Assembly (NCBI GenBank): GCA_965223265.1
Contig: OZ244999.1
Location: 1,920,001 to 1,984,000 of the forward strand
Length of the DNA stretch: 64,000 nucleotides
Source of the DNA: Planctomycetota bacterium
GTDB lineage: Bacteria > Planctomycetota > UBA8108 > SXIK01
Direction of reading: 5' to 3'
The notes under the pieces are model-generated. The model ran no database searches, had not been told where the DNA came from, and saw only the letters and a program-made list of their open reading frames with translations. Both the position numbers and the translations under genes were made by a program. Below, piece by piece: positions 45,900-56,026 of the stretch (its first letter is position 1; every line of letters begins with the position of its first letter).

Positions 45900-46568
45900 A
45901 TGAAGCGAGATGTTTTTCCGACCACGCGCGAAACTTGGATTGATGATCGTCTTCGTGCAGGAGACGACGGGCGTCGCGATGTGAACCACCATCTGATGAG
46001 CGTCTATTCTGAGCCTTTGCAGGTCTATTTTAAGGGGAGCTCGAGCCGCTGGCTCGGGGAGGCAGACGACATCGTTCATGGTTTCTTTGCCGACCGTCTC
46101 GCGAAGGGGCGGTTTCTCGAGGACTGGGCGAAGAGCGGCCTGCGCCTGCGGCGCTGGCTGATGAATGGATTCTGCTACTACCTCCAAGAACTGCGCTCTC
46201 GTCACAAGCGAGACGGTAGGATGAAGGAAGTTTCGGCTGACGTGCCGACGCAGGACGACGCCTCCGCTCTCGATCGAGCCTTTGTCGTATCGGTTGTCCG
46301 AGAAGCCCTGAAGCGGGCCGAGGCGGCGTGCTCTGCCGAGGGGCTCGAGCAGCATTGGGGGGCTTTCTTCGAACACCACTATCGAGGCCGCCCTTACTCG
46401 GAGGTTGCGGCTGAGATGCAGACTGACGCTGCTCGTGCCGCGGTGATGGCGCGTAGCGGTGCGAGAAGATTCGTGCGCGCCCTGCGTGAATTGCTCGCGC
46501 GTGACGGAGCGACGCCGCAAAGTCTTGAAGAAGAAATCAACGTGCTCTTGGAGGCTGCAGCATCGTGA
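45900..46568 (+). CDS. ECF-type sigma-70 factor
   Basis: N-terminal FPTT..TWI, YSEPL..Y, EADDIVHGFF, LRRWL, and a C-terminal HTH (PYSEVAAEM). Divergent from the kinase gene. Confidence 0.75.
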   Translation: MKRDVFPTTRETWIDDRLRAGDDGRRDVNHHLMSVYSEPLQVYFKGSSSRWLGEADDIVHGFFADRLAKGRFLEDWAKSGLRLRRWLMNGFCYYLQELRSRHKRDGRMKEVSADVPTQDDASALDRAFVVSVVREALKRAEAACSAEGLEQHWGAFFEHHYRGRPYSEVAAEMQTDAARAAVMARSGARRFVRALRELLARDGATPQSLEEEINVLLEAAAS

Positions 46569-47044
46569 GCGCAGAACGAGAGTCTGGGGAGCGCTACGGT
46601 GGGCTCGACCTCGAGAAATCAACGCGCCTCTTGAGGCTCGGACTCGGTGGGTCGGGGCGGCCTGTCGATGAACTAGCGCTGCGGCTTGAGGCGGCGGACG
46701 GGCATCGTTGGTTCGGCGAGCTCCTCGAGCGCGACGCGGTTCTTCGCCAGCTGTCGGCGCAGATCGTTTCTGGGAATGTCGATCTTGGAGAGTTGAACTC
46801 GCTGAAGGAAGCGGCGAAGACGAAGCTTGCGGCAGCGAACGATCAGGACGCTCGCCTTGAGGGCGTGGCGGCGTATTTTCTCTCGCTCGCGGCCGCCCTG
46901 GTGCACTGCGGCACACTCATCAGCAGCCATTCCGCGCCTGACCTCGCAGCGGTGTTTGTCGATTTGGCCGCGGTCACGCCGAGCCCGTGGGACGAGCAGC
47001 TGACCAGAGCGGCATCTGCATGTCGCGACCGGAGCGCTGAGTAG
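46565..47044 (+). CDS. Hypothetical alpha-helical protein, translationally coupled to the ECF sigma gene
   Basis: GTGA 4-nt overlap with the sigma gene and a plausible 159-aa helical sequence. Confidence 0.65.
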   Translation: MSAERESGERYGGLDLEKSTRLLRLGLGGSGRPVDELALRLEAADGHRWFGELLERDAVLRQLSAQIVSGNVDLGELNSLKEAAKTKLAAANDQDARLEGVAAYFLSLAAALVHCGTLISSHSAPDLAAVFVDLAAVTPSPWDEQLTRAASACRDRSAE

Positions 47045-47285
47045 TGGGCTGTTTCGCAAGGGATACAGCTCTTCGTCCTTTTTCTCGTCTTCGCTCGCGA
47101 TCGAAGGAGATCCGTATCTCTAATCTCCTTGCATCGCAGTGGAATCACCGTCAACCTAGTTCCGCCTCCTAGCCTAGCGCTAGGTCTCCCATGTGTTCGT
47201 GTGTCAGTGCTTTGGCTCAGACACGCAGGTGCGTCATGAGCGCTGGGAGGCTGATGTGCGCACAGGAGGAACGCGTTGAAACCAG

Positions 47286-50246
47286 ATGACGTGTGAGAAT
47301 TATTTGCGAGCTATGATGCGAACGACCCCCCGCCCAAGCTATTGTCCGGTCGCACTCAAACTCCGGTGCCTGCGATCCGTGACGGCGAACGGCTGGCGCG
47401 CTCAACGGGTTGCGCCATTCTTGGTGGTCGTCGCGGTTGCCTTTTGTTCACCGTCTCTGCCCGTCTCCTCGTCGTCGTTCTATCTGAGTGCGGGGGAGCC
47501 ACGAGGCGCTTCGCCGCCTCGAGAGCACTGGGCGTTCAACACCCCGGCCAGGCCGGAGGTGCCCCCGTCCGATTTAGAGTGGGTGCGCAATCCGATCGAC
47601 GCATTCGTCTTCCGACATCTGCAGCGCGAAGGTCTGGCGCCGTCGCCGGTAGCTGACCGCGCCACTCTCCTGCGTCGCCTGAGTCTCGATCTCATCGGGC
47701 TGCCGCCAACGATCGATGAGGTCGACGCTTTCTTGGGTGACACGAGCTCTAAAGCCTACGCCCGCCAGGTCGAACGCCTTCTCGACTCGCCGCACTACGG
47801 CGAGCGCTGGGCGCGATTTTGGCTCGACGCTGCGCGCTACGCGGATTCTGACGGTTATGAGAAAGATAAGCCGCGGACGGTGTGGTTTTACCGCGACTGG
47901 GTGATCTCAGCCTTCAATCGTGATCTACCCTACGATCAGTTCATCATAGAACAGTTGGCCGGAGATGAGCTGCCCGGAGCGACGCAAGATCAAGTTGTCG
48001 CAACAGGCTTTTTGCGTAACTCCATGATCAACGAGGAAGGCGGGATCGACCCGGAGCAGTTTCGCATGGAGGCGATGTTCGATCGCATGGATGCGATCGG
48101 TAAGAGCATCCTCGGCCTGACGATCCAGTGCGGTCAGTGTCACGACCACAAGTACGACCCGCTCACTCAAGAAGAGTACTACGGCATGTTCGTCTTCTTG
48201 AACAACGATCACGAAGCGAACATTGAGGTTTACACGTCTGCCCAACAAATGCAGCGTGCGGAGATTTTTCGTCAGATTCGGATGCTCGAAGACGAGCTTC
48301 GCCACCAAAATCCCGACTGGCGACAGCGCATGGCCGAGTGGGAGAAGCAGGTCGCGTCCGATCAACCGACGTGGACGACGGTGCATCCGAAAGTCGATCT
48401 GACGACTGCTGGCGGCCAGAAGCACCTGCCACTTGAGGATGGGTCTTATCTCGCCCAAGGTTACGCGCCGACGCGCCACACGGTGAAGATGACCGCGCGG
48501 AGCGAGCTGGAGGCGATAACCGCGGTGCAGCTCGAGCTGCTCCTCCACGACAACCTTCCGCGTGGTGGACCAGGCCGTTCCGTGCTCGGCACCGCCGCAT
48601 TGACCGAGATCGAAGTCTACGCACGTCCGGCTGCGCGTCCGGGCGAGGAGGCTCTCAAGGTAGACATCGACACCGCGACGGCGGATTTGAATCTGCCTGA
48701 GCGCGAGCTCGACGCGCGCTATGACGACCGCAGCGACCGTCGCCGCGTCACGGGGCCGATCGAGTTCGCCATCGATGGCAAGGAAGAGACGGCGTGGGGG
48801 ACTGACGCCGGACCGGGCCGTCGCAATCAGGCGCGCAAGGCGGTCTTTGTCTTCAAGGAACCGGTCACGTTTCCCGGTGGCGCGCTCGTTACGTTTCACC
48901 TCAGCCAGCGTCATGGCGGGTGGAACAGCGACGACAATCAGAACCACAACATCGGTCGCTACCGGCTAAGCGTCACGGGAGCGCCCTCGCCGCAGGCGGA
49001 TCTCCTGCCCCGGCGTGTCCGTGAGCTGCTCCTCACGACAACAGGCGCTGGACGCTCTTTCGCAACAGGCGCTGGACGCTCTTCCGCAACAGGCGCTGGA
49101 CGCTCTTCCGCGCAGGAGGCAGCCATCTTCAGCTACTGGCGTCGCACGGTCGACGAATGGCGATCGACGAACGATCGCATCGAAGCGCTGTGGCAGAGCT
49201 TCCCGGAGGGAAGCACTCAGCTCGTGCTGAAACCGCGAGAGCGGCCGCGGATGACGCATGTACTCAGTCGCGGCGACTTCTTGAAGCCGCTCGAGCGCGC
49301 CAACCCGACGGCACCCGCGTTCTTGCACCCGCTCCCCGACGGCGCGCCTGCGACACGGTTGACGTTCGCACGTTGGCTTGTCGATCCGCGTTCGCCGACG
49401 ACAGCTCGTTCGATCGTCAACCGCATCTGGCAAACCTACTTCGGCATCGGCCTCGTTGCGAGCAGCGAGGATCTCGGCGTCCGAAGCGAGCGACCGTCGC
49501 ATCCGGAGCTGCTGGATTGGCTCGCTGTTGAGTTTATGGAGCGGGGTTGGAGCTTAAAAGCGCTCCATCGCTTGATCGTCGACTCGTCGACGTATCGCCA
49601 GTCTTCTCGCGCGACACGTCAGCAATACACCGATGACCCACAGAACCGTCTTCTTGCCCGCGGTCCACGGTTTCGCGTCGACGGTGAGATCGTTCGCGAC
49701 ATCATGCTTTCCGCCAGTGGCCTTCTGACACCGCGGGTCGGTGGTCCCAGTGTCTACCCACCGCTCCCGGAGTTCATGCTCAAGCCGCCGGTGAGCTACG
49801 GCCCGAAGGTGTGGAATGAGGAGAAGGGTCAGAATCGATACCGTCGCGCGCTCTATACGTTCAGGTTTCGCTCGTTGCCGTTTCCGGCGCTGCAAGCGTT
49901 TGATGTACCGAACGGCGACTTTTCATGCGTACGGCGAAGTCGGTCCAACACGCCTTTGCAGGCACTGACAACGCTGAACGAAACGGTCGCGGTGGAGTGC
50001 GCGCGGGCGCTTGCTGCGCGAGTGTTGGAGGACGTCGCAGACGGCGATGACGCAGCGCGCATCGATTATGCGTTCCGCCGGTGCGTCTCGAGAAACCCTG
50101 ATGCCGCAGAGACCGAGGAGCTTCTTGGCCTTCTGTCGCGTCAAAGGAAGCGGGGAGCGACAGACGGGGAAAGCGCGGACCTCGCAGCGTGGACCGTTGT
50201 CTCACGTGTCCTTCTGAATCTCGACGAGGCTATCACGAAGGAATAA
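47286..50246 (+). CDS. DUF1549/DUF1553 (planctomycete PSD1-type) protein
   Basis: [85 protein letters not shown]. Start uncertain. Confidence 0.9.
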   Translation: MTCENYLRAMMRTTPRPSYCPVALKLRCLRSVTANGWRAQRVAPFLVVVAVAFCSPSLPVSSSSFYLSAGEPRGASPPREHWAFNTPARPEVPPSDLEWVRNPIDAFVFRHLQREGLAPSPVADRATLLRRLSLDLIGLPPTIDEVDAFLGDTSSKAYARQVERLLDSPHYGERWARFWLDAARYADSDGYEKDKPRTVWFYRDWVISAFNRDLPYDQFIIEQLAGDELPGATQDQVVATGFLRNSMINEEGGIDPEQFRMEAMFDRMDAIGKSILGLTIQCGQCHDHKYDPLTQEEYYGMFVFLNNDHEANIEVYTSAQQMQRAEIFRQIRMLEDELRHQNPDWRQRMAEWEKQVASDQPTWTTVHPKVDLTTAGGQKHLPLEDGSYLAQGYAPTRHTVKMTARSELEAITAVQLELLLHDNLPRGGPGRSVLGTAALTEIEVYARPAARPGEEALKVDIDTATADLNLPERELDARYDDRSDRRRVTGPIEFAIDGKEETAWGTDAGPGRRNQARKAVFVFKEPVTFPGGALVTFHLSQRHGGWNSDDNQNHNIGRYRLSVTGAPSPQADLLPRRVRELLLTTTGAGRSFATGAGRSSATGAGRSSAQEAAIFSYWRRTVDEWRSTNDRIEALWQSFPEGSTQLVLKPRERPRMTHVLSRGDFLKPLERANPTAPAFLHPLPDGAPATRLTFARWLVDPRSPTTARSIVNRIWQTYFGIGLVASSEDLGVRSERPSHPELLDWLAVEFMERGWSLKALHRLIVDSSTYRQSSRATRQQYTDDPQNRLLARGPRFRVDGEIVRDIMLSASGLLTPRVGGPSVYPPLPEFMLKPPVSYGPKVWNEEKGQNRYRRALYTFRFRSLPFPALQAFDVPNGDFSCVRRSRSNTPLQALTTLNETVAVECARALAARVLEDVADGDDAARIDYAFRRCVSRNPDAAETEELLGLLSRQRKRGATDGESADLAAWTVVSRVLLNLDEAITKE
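49039..49110 (+). repeat. In-frame 24-bp tandem repeat, three copies
   Basis: CAACAGGCGCTGGACGCTCTT(T/C)CG x3, encoding TGAGRS(F/S)A. Confidence 0.95.
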
Positions 50247-50266
50247 GCCACTTCGCAGGTCGAACG

Positions 50267-51712
50267 ATGAATTGCCAGTCTCACCTACATCGCTTTCAAG
50301 ATCCGTCGCTGGTTTCGCGCCGTTGGTTCCTCCGCGACTGCGCCGTCGGCCTCGGTTCGATGTCGCTTGCACAGCTCCTAGCGCGTGAGGGACTCGCTGC
50401 GACCGCGACGGACGAGCCGGTGAGCGGTCCGTTGGCGCCGAAGACACCACACTTTCCTGGCCGTGCGAAGCACGTCATCTTTCTCTTCATGGCAGGCGCA
50501 CCGAGCCATCTCGATCTCCTTGACTACAAGCCACAACTGGCGAAGTATGACGGCACGCCGCCTCCCGCCGAGCTCATCGAGGGTTACCGCGCGGCGTTTA
50601 TCAACCCTGGGGCGAACTTGCTGGGGCCAAAGTTCAAGTTCGCGCGCCATGGGGAGAGTGGTGCTGAGTTGTCGGAGCTACTCCCGCACCTCGGTCGTGT
50701 CGCGGACAACATCGCGATCGTTCGTTCGATGGTGACGGATGCTTTCAATCACGCCCCGGGCCAGATCTTTATGAACACGGGCTCGCAGCAATTCGGGCGA
50801 CCGAGCCTTGGGGCGTGGACGACCTACGGACTCGGCAGTGAATCGCAGGATCTGCCGGGCTTCGTCGTTTTCAGCTCGGGGCGAAAGGGACCTAGCGGTG
50901 GCGACTCTAACTGGGGCAGCGGTTTTCTGCCGACGGTCTACCAGGGCGTGCCGTTTCGCAGCGGTGGCGACCCAGTCCTCTATCTCTCAAACCCCGAGGG
51001 CGTCGATGCCGAGGCGCAGGCTGATACGGTGTCGACGCTTGGGCGTCTCAACCGCAGGCGGCTCGGGGTTGTGGGCGATCCGGAAATCGCGACGCGCATC
51101 GCATCGTTCGAGATGGCGCACCGAATGCAGACGAGCGCTCCCGAGCTGATGGATCTGTCACAAGAGCCGCAGCACGTCTTGGATCTTTACGGCGTTGAAC
51201 CAGGTAAGCCCTCGTTCGCGAGCAATTGTCTGTTGGCGCGGCGTCTCGTCGAGCGCGGCGTACGTTTCGTGCAGCTATTTCATGAGTCCTGGGACCAGCA
51301 TGGGAATCTCGTCAAAGGCTTGACGCGCAACTGTCTGGAGACGGACCAGGCGTCGGCGGCGCTCCTAACAGATCTCAAGCAGCGTGGACTTCTTGACGAA
51401 ACGATCGTCATCTGGGGTGGCGAGTTCGGACGTACACCGATGGTCCAAGGAGGCAACGATGGCCGTGACCATCATCCCAATGCGTTCACGATGTGGCTCG
51501 CTGGCGGCGGCATTCGAGCTGGAACAACGCTCGGCGAGACGGACGAGTTCGGCTTCAACGCCGTGCGCGACCGCGTCCATGTCCATGATTTGAACGCGAC
51601 GCTCCTTCACCTCCTCGGGTTTGATCACACCCAGTTGACGTACCGGTTCCAGGGACGCGACTTCCGCCTCACCGACGTGCACGGTGAAGTAGTCGAAAAA
51701 CTCCTGGCGTGA
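50267..51712 (+). CDS. DUF1501 domain protein, in an operon with the DUF1553 gene
   Basis: SRRWFL Tat-like motif, [51 protein letters not shown] at 50267. Confidence 0.9.
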   Translation: MNCQSHLHRFQDPSLVSRRWFLRDCAVGLGSMSLAQLLAREGLAATATDEPVSGPLAPKTPHFPGRAKHVIFLFMAGAPSHLDLLDYKPQLAKYDGTPPPAELIEGYRAAFINPGANLLGPKFKFARHGESGAELSELLPHLGRVADNIAIVRSMVTDAFNHAPGQIFMNTGSQQFGRPSLGAWTTYGLGSESQDLPGFVVFSSGRKGPSGGDSNWGSGFLPTVYQGVPFRSGGDPVLYLSNPEGVDAEAQADTVSTLGRLNRRRLGVVGDPEIATRIASFEMAHRMQTSAPELMDLSQEPQHVLDLYGVEPGKPSFASNCLLARRLVERGVRFVQLFHESWDQHGNLVKGLTRNCLETDQASAALLTDLKQRGLLDETIVIWGGEFGRTPMVQGGNDGRDHHPNAFTMWLAGGGIRAGTTLGETDEFGFNAVRDRVHVHDLNATLLHLLGFDHTQLTYRFQGRDFRLTDVHGEVVEKLLA

Positions 51713-52102
51713 GTTCGGGATTCCACCGCAGGCGTGCCGGCGGTGTTGTCTCCAGGCGGGGCCTTCCATGGGGCTCAAGCACTGGCGCTAGCGCTTTCAA
51801 ACGGTCCTGTGCGCGCGTGCCTCTTGCGCACGTGCCTCTTGGGTTGCCGTGCCGCGGTCTCACGGATGCTGTCTTTCGAGTGCTGTAACCTCTGCGATTG
51901 CAGTTGTTTGCGACTTTATTCTGGGGGTGCTGCACTGCCTGCGGCGTCACGCGCGGTCCACGGTGGGGCTCGCCGCATCTTCCTCCCGTCACACGCTCCC
52001 ACGCTTTCCGTCCACATCGATGGTGCGGGCGGAGGCTCTGATCCGCACCCGGTCCGGGTTCTCGAAGAGCCTACGGTTGGGACACCTTCAAGGAGGTAGC
52101 GC

Positions 52103-55100
52103 ATGAGACGCCCACTCGCCTTTCGCTTCGCCCTCTCGCTTTCGGTTGCGATTCTGACACTCGTCGCCGGTCACTTGATCGGCCCAAGTCGCACGCACGC
52201 CGGCAGCGGCATCGTCAACCCCGACGGAACGATCGATATCACGCTCAACGTTCGTTTCCCGCCGACACCAGAAATCATGGCAGAGATCCAGGCCGAAGTA
52301 GTAGCCGCCAGCGAGATCATCTGGGATGCGAGTGAAGGTCAGCTGCGTTTCGGTACGGTCACCATTGGTTGCGGCAACGTCAACGAGGATCTCGCGGACA
52401 TGTGGGTCTTTCCACAGAGCGGCCGCGCCGGCACGTCATTTCGCTGCGATGGTTCGCTTCTCGGTGAGAGTGGTGCGCACGTGACACAGTTTCTCCCGAG
52501 CTCTTCGGGTCTTGTGCTTGCGCACGAGTTCGGGCATCTGGCTCTCGGACTCGGTGACGAATACGACGAACAGAATCGATTCGGCGCTTGCTGGGGATTT
52601 GGTCGCTGTATGGAGACGGACGAAATCACTGAGAGAAATCAGTGCCTCATGCAGCTTCAGGGACCCGCGGGGATGACGTGGAGCGAATTCTGTACAGTCG
52701 ACGGCCACGACACGATCGTCGGCGACGGTCTCTCCTGCGAGGAGCAAGAGGTTCCACATGGCTGTGAGGACAACTGCCATCTCTTCAACCACGACACCAA
52801 CCGTTACGAGACGAGTCAGGAGACGAACAGCTGCAACGCCGACGGCTGCTGGGCTCACTTGGTCGACAACTTTCCCTTCATGGGAGAGCCCGACGGACTG
52901 CCGCAAGAGGATGTCCCCGCGGACTTCGTGCCGCCGATTTTCGTGGACAACTGCGACGTGACCGACACTCTGCTCCTCGTCCTGGATGCCTCTGGTAGCA
53001 TGAACTGGGCGACGAACGACGATGACGCCGAGGTGTGCGACAATGGCGAGGATGACGACGGCGATGGCGATGTCGACGAATCCGCCTGCCGCAACTCGCG
53101 GCTGTCGTACTTGAAGGCCGCCGCGCGTGGTCTCCTGGAGCTCGCCGCCGGTTCCGAAACGCGCATTGGAATCATGTCCTTCAACTGTACTCCGAATCTC
53201 GAAGCGGGCTTTCAGGACATTGACGATGACTTCGGTGGCTTGCAAGCAACAGTTGACGGCTTGACCGCAGGTGGTGGCACCGCGATCGGCCGAGCCTTGA
53301 GCTCGACAACACTGCTTTTTGGCGATGAGACCGAAGCCATGAACAAGACCGCGTTCCTGATCTCCGACGGTCACAACACGTGCGGCGAAGATCCCGCCGC
53401 GGTGACGCCGGCACTCAACGACGAGGACGTTCGGGTTTTCACGCTGTCGACTGGATCGGCTTCTGATGCAACCTTGCTGAGCGAGATTGCGGGCGATTCG
53501 GGCGGCACGCGTGTGGACATGAAGGACTCCCAGGCGCTGGTGCCCGCGATCGTCCAACTCTGGGCGCGGTATCAGAACGCGGGCGTGATTATCCCCAAAG
53601 CCGGCTATCAGATCGACGCCAATTCAAAGATCGAAGAAACGATCAAGGCCGCAGCGTCAAGTCGCCACTGGTTGGCGCTACCCGAACTGATCCGCAAGCC
53701 CGCGCCAGTCAACAACGTCTTTCGCATTGAGATCGAAGAGGGAACAGAAATCGTGACGTTCATGCTCGCCGGAAACCTCGGCAACATGGATGGCTTCGGA
53801 GTGAAGGCCACGCTCACCGGTCCCGATGGGCCGGGGCCTCACCTGTTCGACTCGGAAACTCCTGCTCCCGACCTGCGCGTCGTGCGCGATCCGTTTTTCT
53901 TACTCGTTCAGTTGCATCGACCGAATCCAGGCATGTGGAGCCTCAACGTCGAGGTCGCGCCGGGAGCCAATGCGTTCCAGAGCGGCAATCTCACGGTAAT
54001 CACTCAAAACCCACGCGCCGACCTATTCACCAGTCTCGACCGCGAAGTCGTCAGCGCAGGTGCTTCCGTGGAACTGACGATGCTGCCGTACTTTGATACC
54101 GGCCTCGCGTACGTCGCGGAGATGAACGCCGCAATGCTTCGTCCCGATGGCATCGTCGTGCCGGTCGACATCGACGATCGTACTGACGAGAACGGCGGCT
54201 ATGGAGCGATCATCACGGATACGTCGTTCGAGGGTCTCTATGAAGTGCGGGTGCGCATGCGAACCGGACTCGGAGCTCTGAACGACCCTGGTGAGATCAT
54301 CTTCGCGGATCGAGGCCCCGCCAACTCGGTGAAAGTGCCTGACTTCGAGCGCACTTCAGTTGAATACTTCTACGTGGTCGGAGGCAAACGCGTTTGCGTG
54401 AGTGGGAACCCTGTGGACTGCGACGGTGACGGCATCCCGAACGAGAGTGACACCGATGATTCCGACAAGGATGGCATCCCCGACGGCTTCGACACGGACT
54501 CCGACAACGACGAGATCCCCGACGCCGTCGAGTGGCAGGGCGTGCCGACCGACTTGGACGGCGACCGCATCCCTGATCACCTTGACGTTGACGCAGACGG
54601 CGACAAGATTCCGGACGCAGAGGATCCAGTCGTCTCGATCAAGCCAGTTGCGCCGTGGCTCGAGATGGATGACGCTGAGTTGTCACCATGCGCAGAAACA
54701 AAGCCGACGGTTGTCCGCGTCAAGTCTGAGCGAGCCGTGATCGCCGTCGAAATGGGATTCGTCTGGGAACCCGATGCCCTAGCGATTGCCTTCGTCCGGC
54801 CGAGCGACGAAGTCGCCAGGCAACTGCGTACGTTCGAGATCATCCAAGAACAAAAACCTCTTCTTCCGGGCCAGATGATCGTTCGTATGGAGTTCGCGGA
54901 GCCGCTCAAGGCTTACTGCAGTGACTTGCTCAACTTCGAGGTCAAGGCGCGCAAGGGATTCCGCGAGACTCAGCTGTGTCTCGTACCAAAGCTGGGGGAT
55001 GTCGCGACGAGCATCACCGTAGTCGACGGCAAGGCGATTGCACGATTTCCAGTGGTCGCCACTTGCAGCGCTGTGCGACAGAGCGGCGATCGAGTCCCGC

Positions 55101-55879
55101 CTCGGCTGATGTCCCCAGGAGACATCTTTGTCGACTGCGGGAGTCCACGCGGTGAGATTGTGCGCTTCGAAGTCAAGGCCGAGGACGACTGCGACGACGT
55201 CAAGCTCAGCTCGACTCCACCCTCCGGCTCGCTCTTTCCACGTGGCGCGACCACTGTGACTTGTATCGCCGAAGACGTATCTGGGAACAAAACGTTCGGT
55301 TCGTTTCGCGTGATCGTCGGCGATGTCCTGGCACCAGAGATCGACGCACCGACCAACGTCGTCACGCTCACCGACAGTTCCGACGGCGCCGTTGTCACGT
55401 TCGACGTGTCGGCCAAGGATGTTTGCAGCAACACGAAAGTTTTTTGCAAGCCGGAGTCAGGGTCGATGTTCCCGATCGGTAGGACCGTCGTCACCTGCTA
55501 CGCCGTTGACATCTCCAACAACATCGGCGTCACCACCTTTGAAGTCGACGTGAGGTTGGCTCAGGGAGATTTTCGACGCGGGGACTCCAATCACGACGGC
55601 GGCGTCGACATCTCCGATGCACTCCGGACGTTGAACACTCTGTTCGTGGTGCCGCAGAAACCGACCTGTATGGACGCTCTCGACTTCAATGACGACGGTG
55701 GAGTCGACATCTCCGATTCCATCGCGACGCTCATGTTCCTCTTTGTCTCCGGTCCAGAGGCTCCTCCGCCAGGGACCGAGGAGTGTGGCATTGACCGCAC
55801 GTCCGATCCGTTTTCCGTCTGCGCGTACGAAGCGTGCGGTGACGAAGGCCAAGTGGGGTTCGACAACCCGCTGCGGTAG
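52103..55879 (+). CDS. Secreted CLCA-like zinc metalloprotease/VWA protein with Ca-binding repeats, HYR domains and a dockerin-like tail
   Basis: AGGAGG RBS and signal peptide. HEFGHLALGLGDEY, a Cys-rich region, VWA (LVLDASGSM, GGGTAIG, LISDG), D.D.DGIPD repeats, two HYR-like repeats (SGS.FP.G.T.VTC.A.D), tail FRRGDSNHDGGVDISDA. Confidence 0.85.
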   Translation: MRRPLAFRFALSLSVAILTLVAGHLIGPSRTHAGSGIVNPDGTIDITLNVRFPPTPEIMAEIQAEVVAASEIIWDASEGQLRFGTVTIGCGNVNEDLADMWVFPQSGRAGTSFRCDGSLLGESGAHVTQFLPSSSGLVLAHEFGHLALGLGDEYDEQNRFGACWGFGRCMETDEITERNQCLMQLQGPAGMTWSEFCTVDGHDTIVGDGLSCEEQEVPHGCEDNCHLFNHDTNRYETSQETNSCNADGCWAHLVDNFPFMGEPDGLPQEDVPADFVPPIFVDNCDVTDTLLLVLDASGSMNWATNDDDAEVCDNGEDDDGDGDVDESACRNSRLSYLKAAARGLLELAAGSETRIGIMSFNCTPNLEAGFQDIDDDFGGLQATVDGLTAGGGTAIGRALSSTTLLFGDETEAMNKTAFLISDGHNTCGEDPAAVTPALNDEDVRVFTLSTGSASDATLLSEIAGDSGGTRVDMKDSQALVPAIVQLWARYQNAGVIIPKAGYQIDANSKIEETIKAAASSRHWLALPELIRKPAPVNNVFRIEIEEGTEIVTFMLAGNLGNMDGFGVKATLTGPDGPGPHLFDSETPAPDLRVVRDPFFLLVQLHRPNPGMWSLNVEVAPGANAFQSGNLTVITQNPRADLFTSLDREVVSAGASVELTMLPYFDTGLAYVAEMNAAMLRPDGIVVPVDIDDRTDENGGYGAIITDTSFEGLYEVRVRMRTGLGALNDPGEIIFADRGPANSVKVPDFERTSVEYFYVVGGKRVCVSGNPVDCDGDGIPNESDTDDSDKDGIPDGFDTDSDNDEIPDAVEWQGVPTDLDGDRIPDHLDVDADGDKIPDAEDPVVSIKPVAPWLEMDDAELSPCAETKPTVVRVKSERAVIAVEMGFVWEPDALAIAFVRPSDEVARQLRTFEIIQEQKPLLPGQMIVRMEFAEPLKAYCSDLLNFEVKARKGFRETQLCLVPKLGDVATSITVVDGKAIARFPVVATCSAVRQSGDRVPPRLMSPGDIFVDCGSPRGEIVRFEVKAEDDCDDVKLSSTPPSGSLFPRGATTVTCIAEDVSGNKTFGSFRVIVGDVLAPEIDAPTNVVTLTDSSDGAVVTFDVSAKDVCSNTKVFCKPESGSMFPIGRTVVTCYAVDISNNIGVTTFEVDVRLAQGDFRRGDSNHDGGVDISDALRTLNTLFVVPQKPTCMDALDFNDDGGVDISDSIATLMFLFVSGPEAPPPGTEECGIDRTSDPFSVCAYEACGDEGQVGFDNPLR

Positions 55880-55990
55880 GACCGTGGAGGCGAACGCGAG
55901 AGTTTCGAGGTGGCCTGCTCGGCGTGAGACATCGGGCAGGCCACCTCTTTCGCTGTCAAAGCTTGGGTTCGCCTCACCGTTGAGTTGATT

Positions 55991-56026
55991 CAAGCGAGCC
56001 GACGGCGTCGCTTGTCGTCATTTTTT
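55991..56026 (+). terminator. Possible intrinsic terminator between convergent genes
   Basis: Hairpin CAAGCGAGCC-GAC-GGCGTCGCTTG followed after a few bases by TTTTTT. The spacing is imperfect. Confidence 0.3.

Noticed and set aside
49039-49110. CRISPR array
   Set aside because: The repeats are directly adjacent with no spacers, lie in frame within a gene, and there are no cas genes.
7407-55879. A classical cellulosome
   Set aside because: None of the dockerin-tailed proteins is a recognisable glycoside hydrolase, and there is no multi-cohesin scaffoldin in the window.
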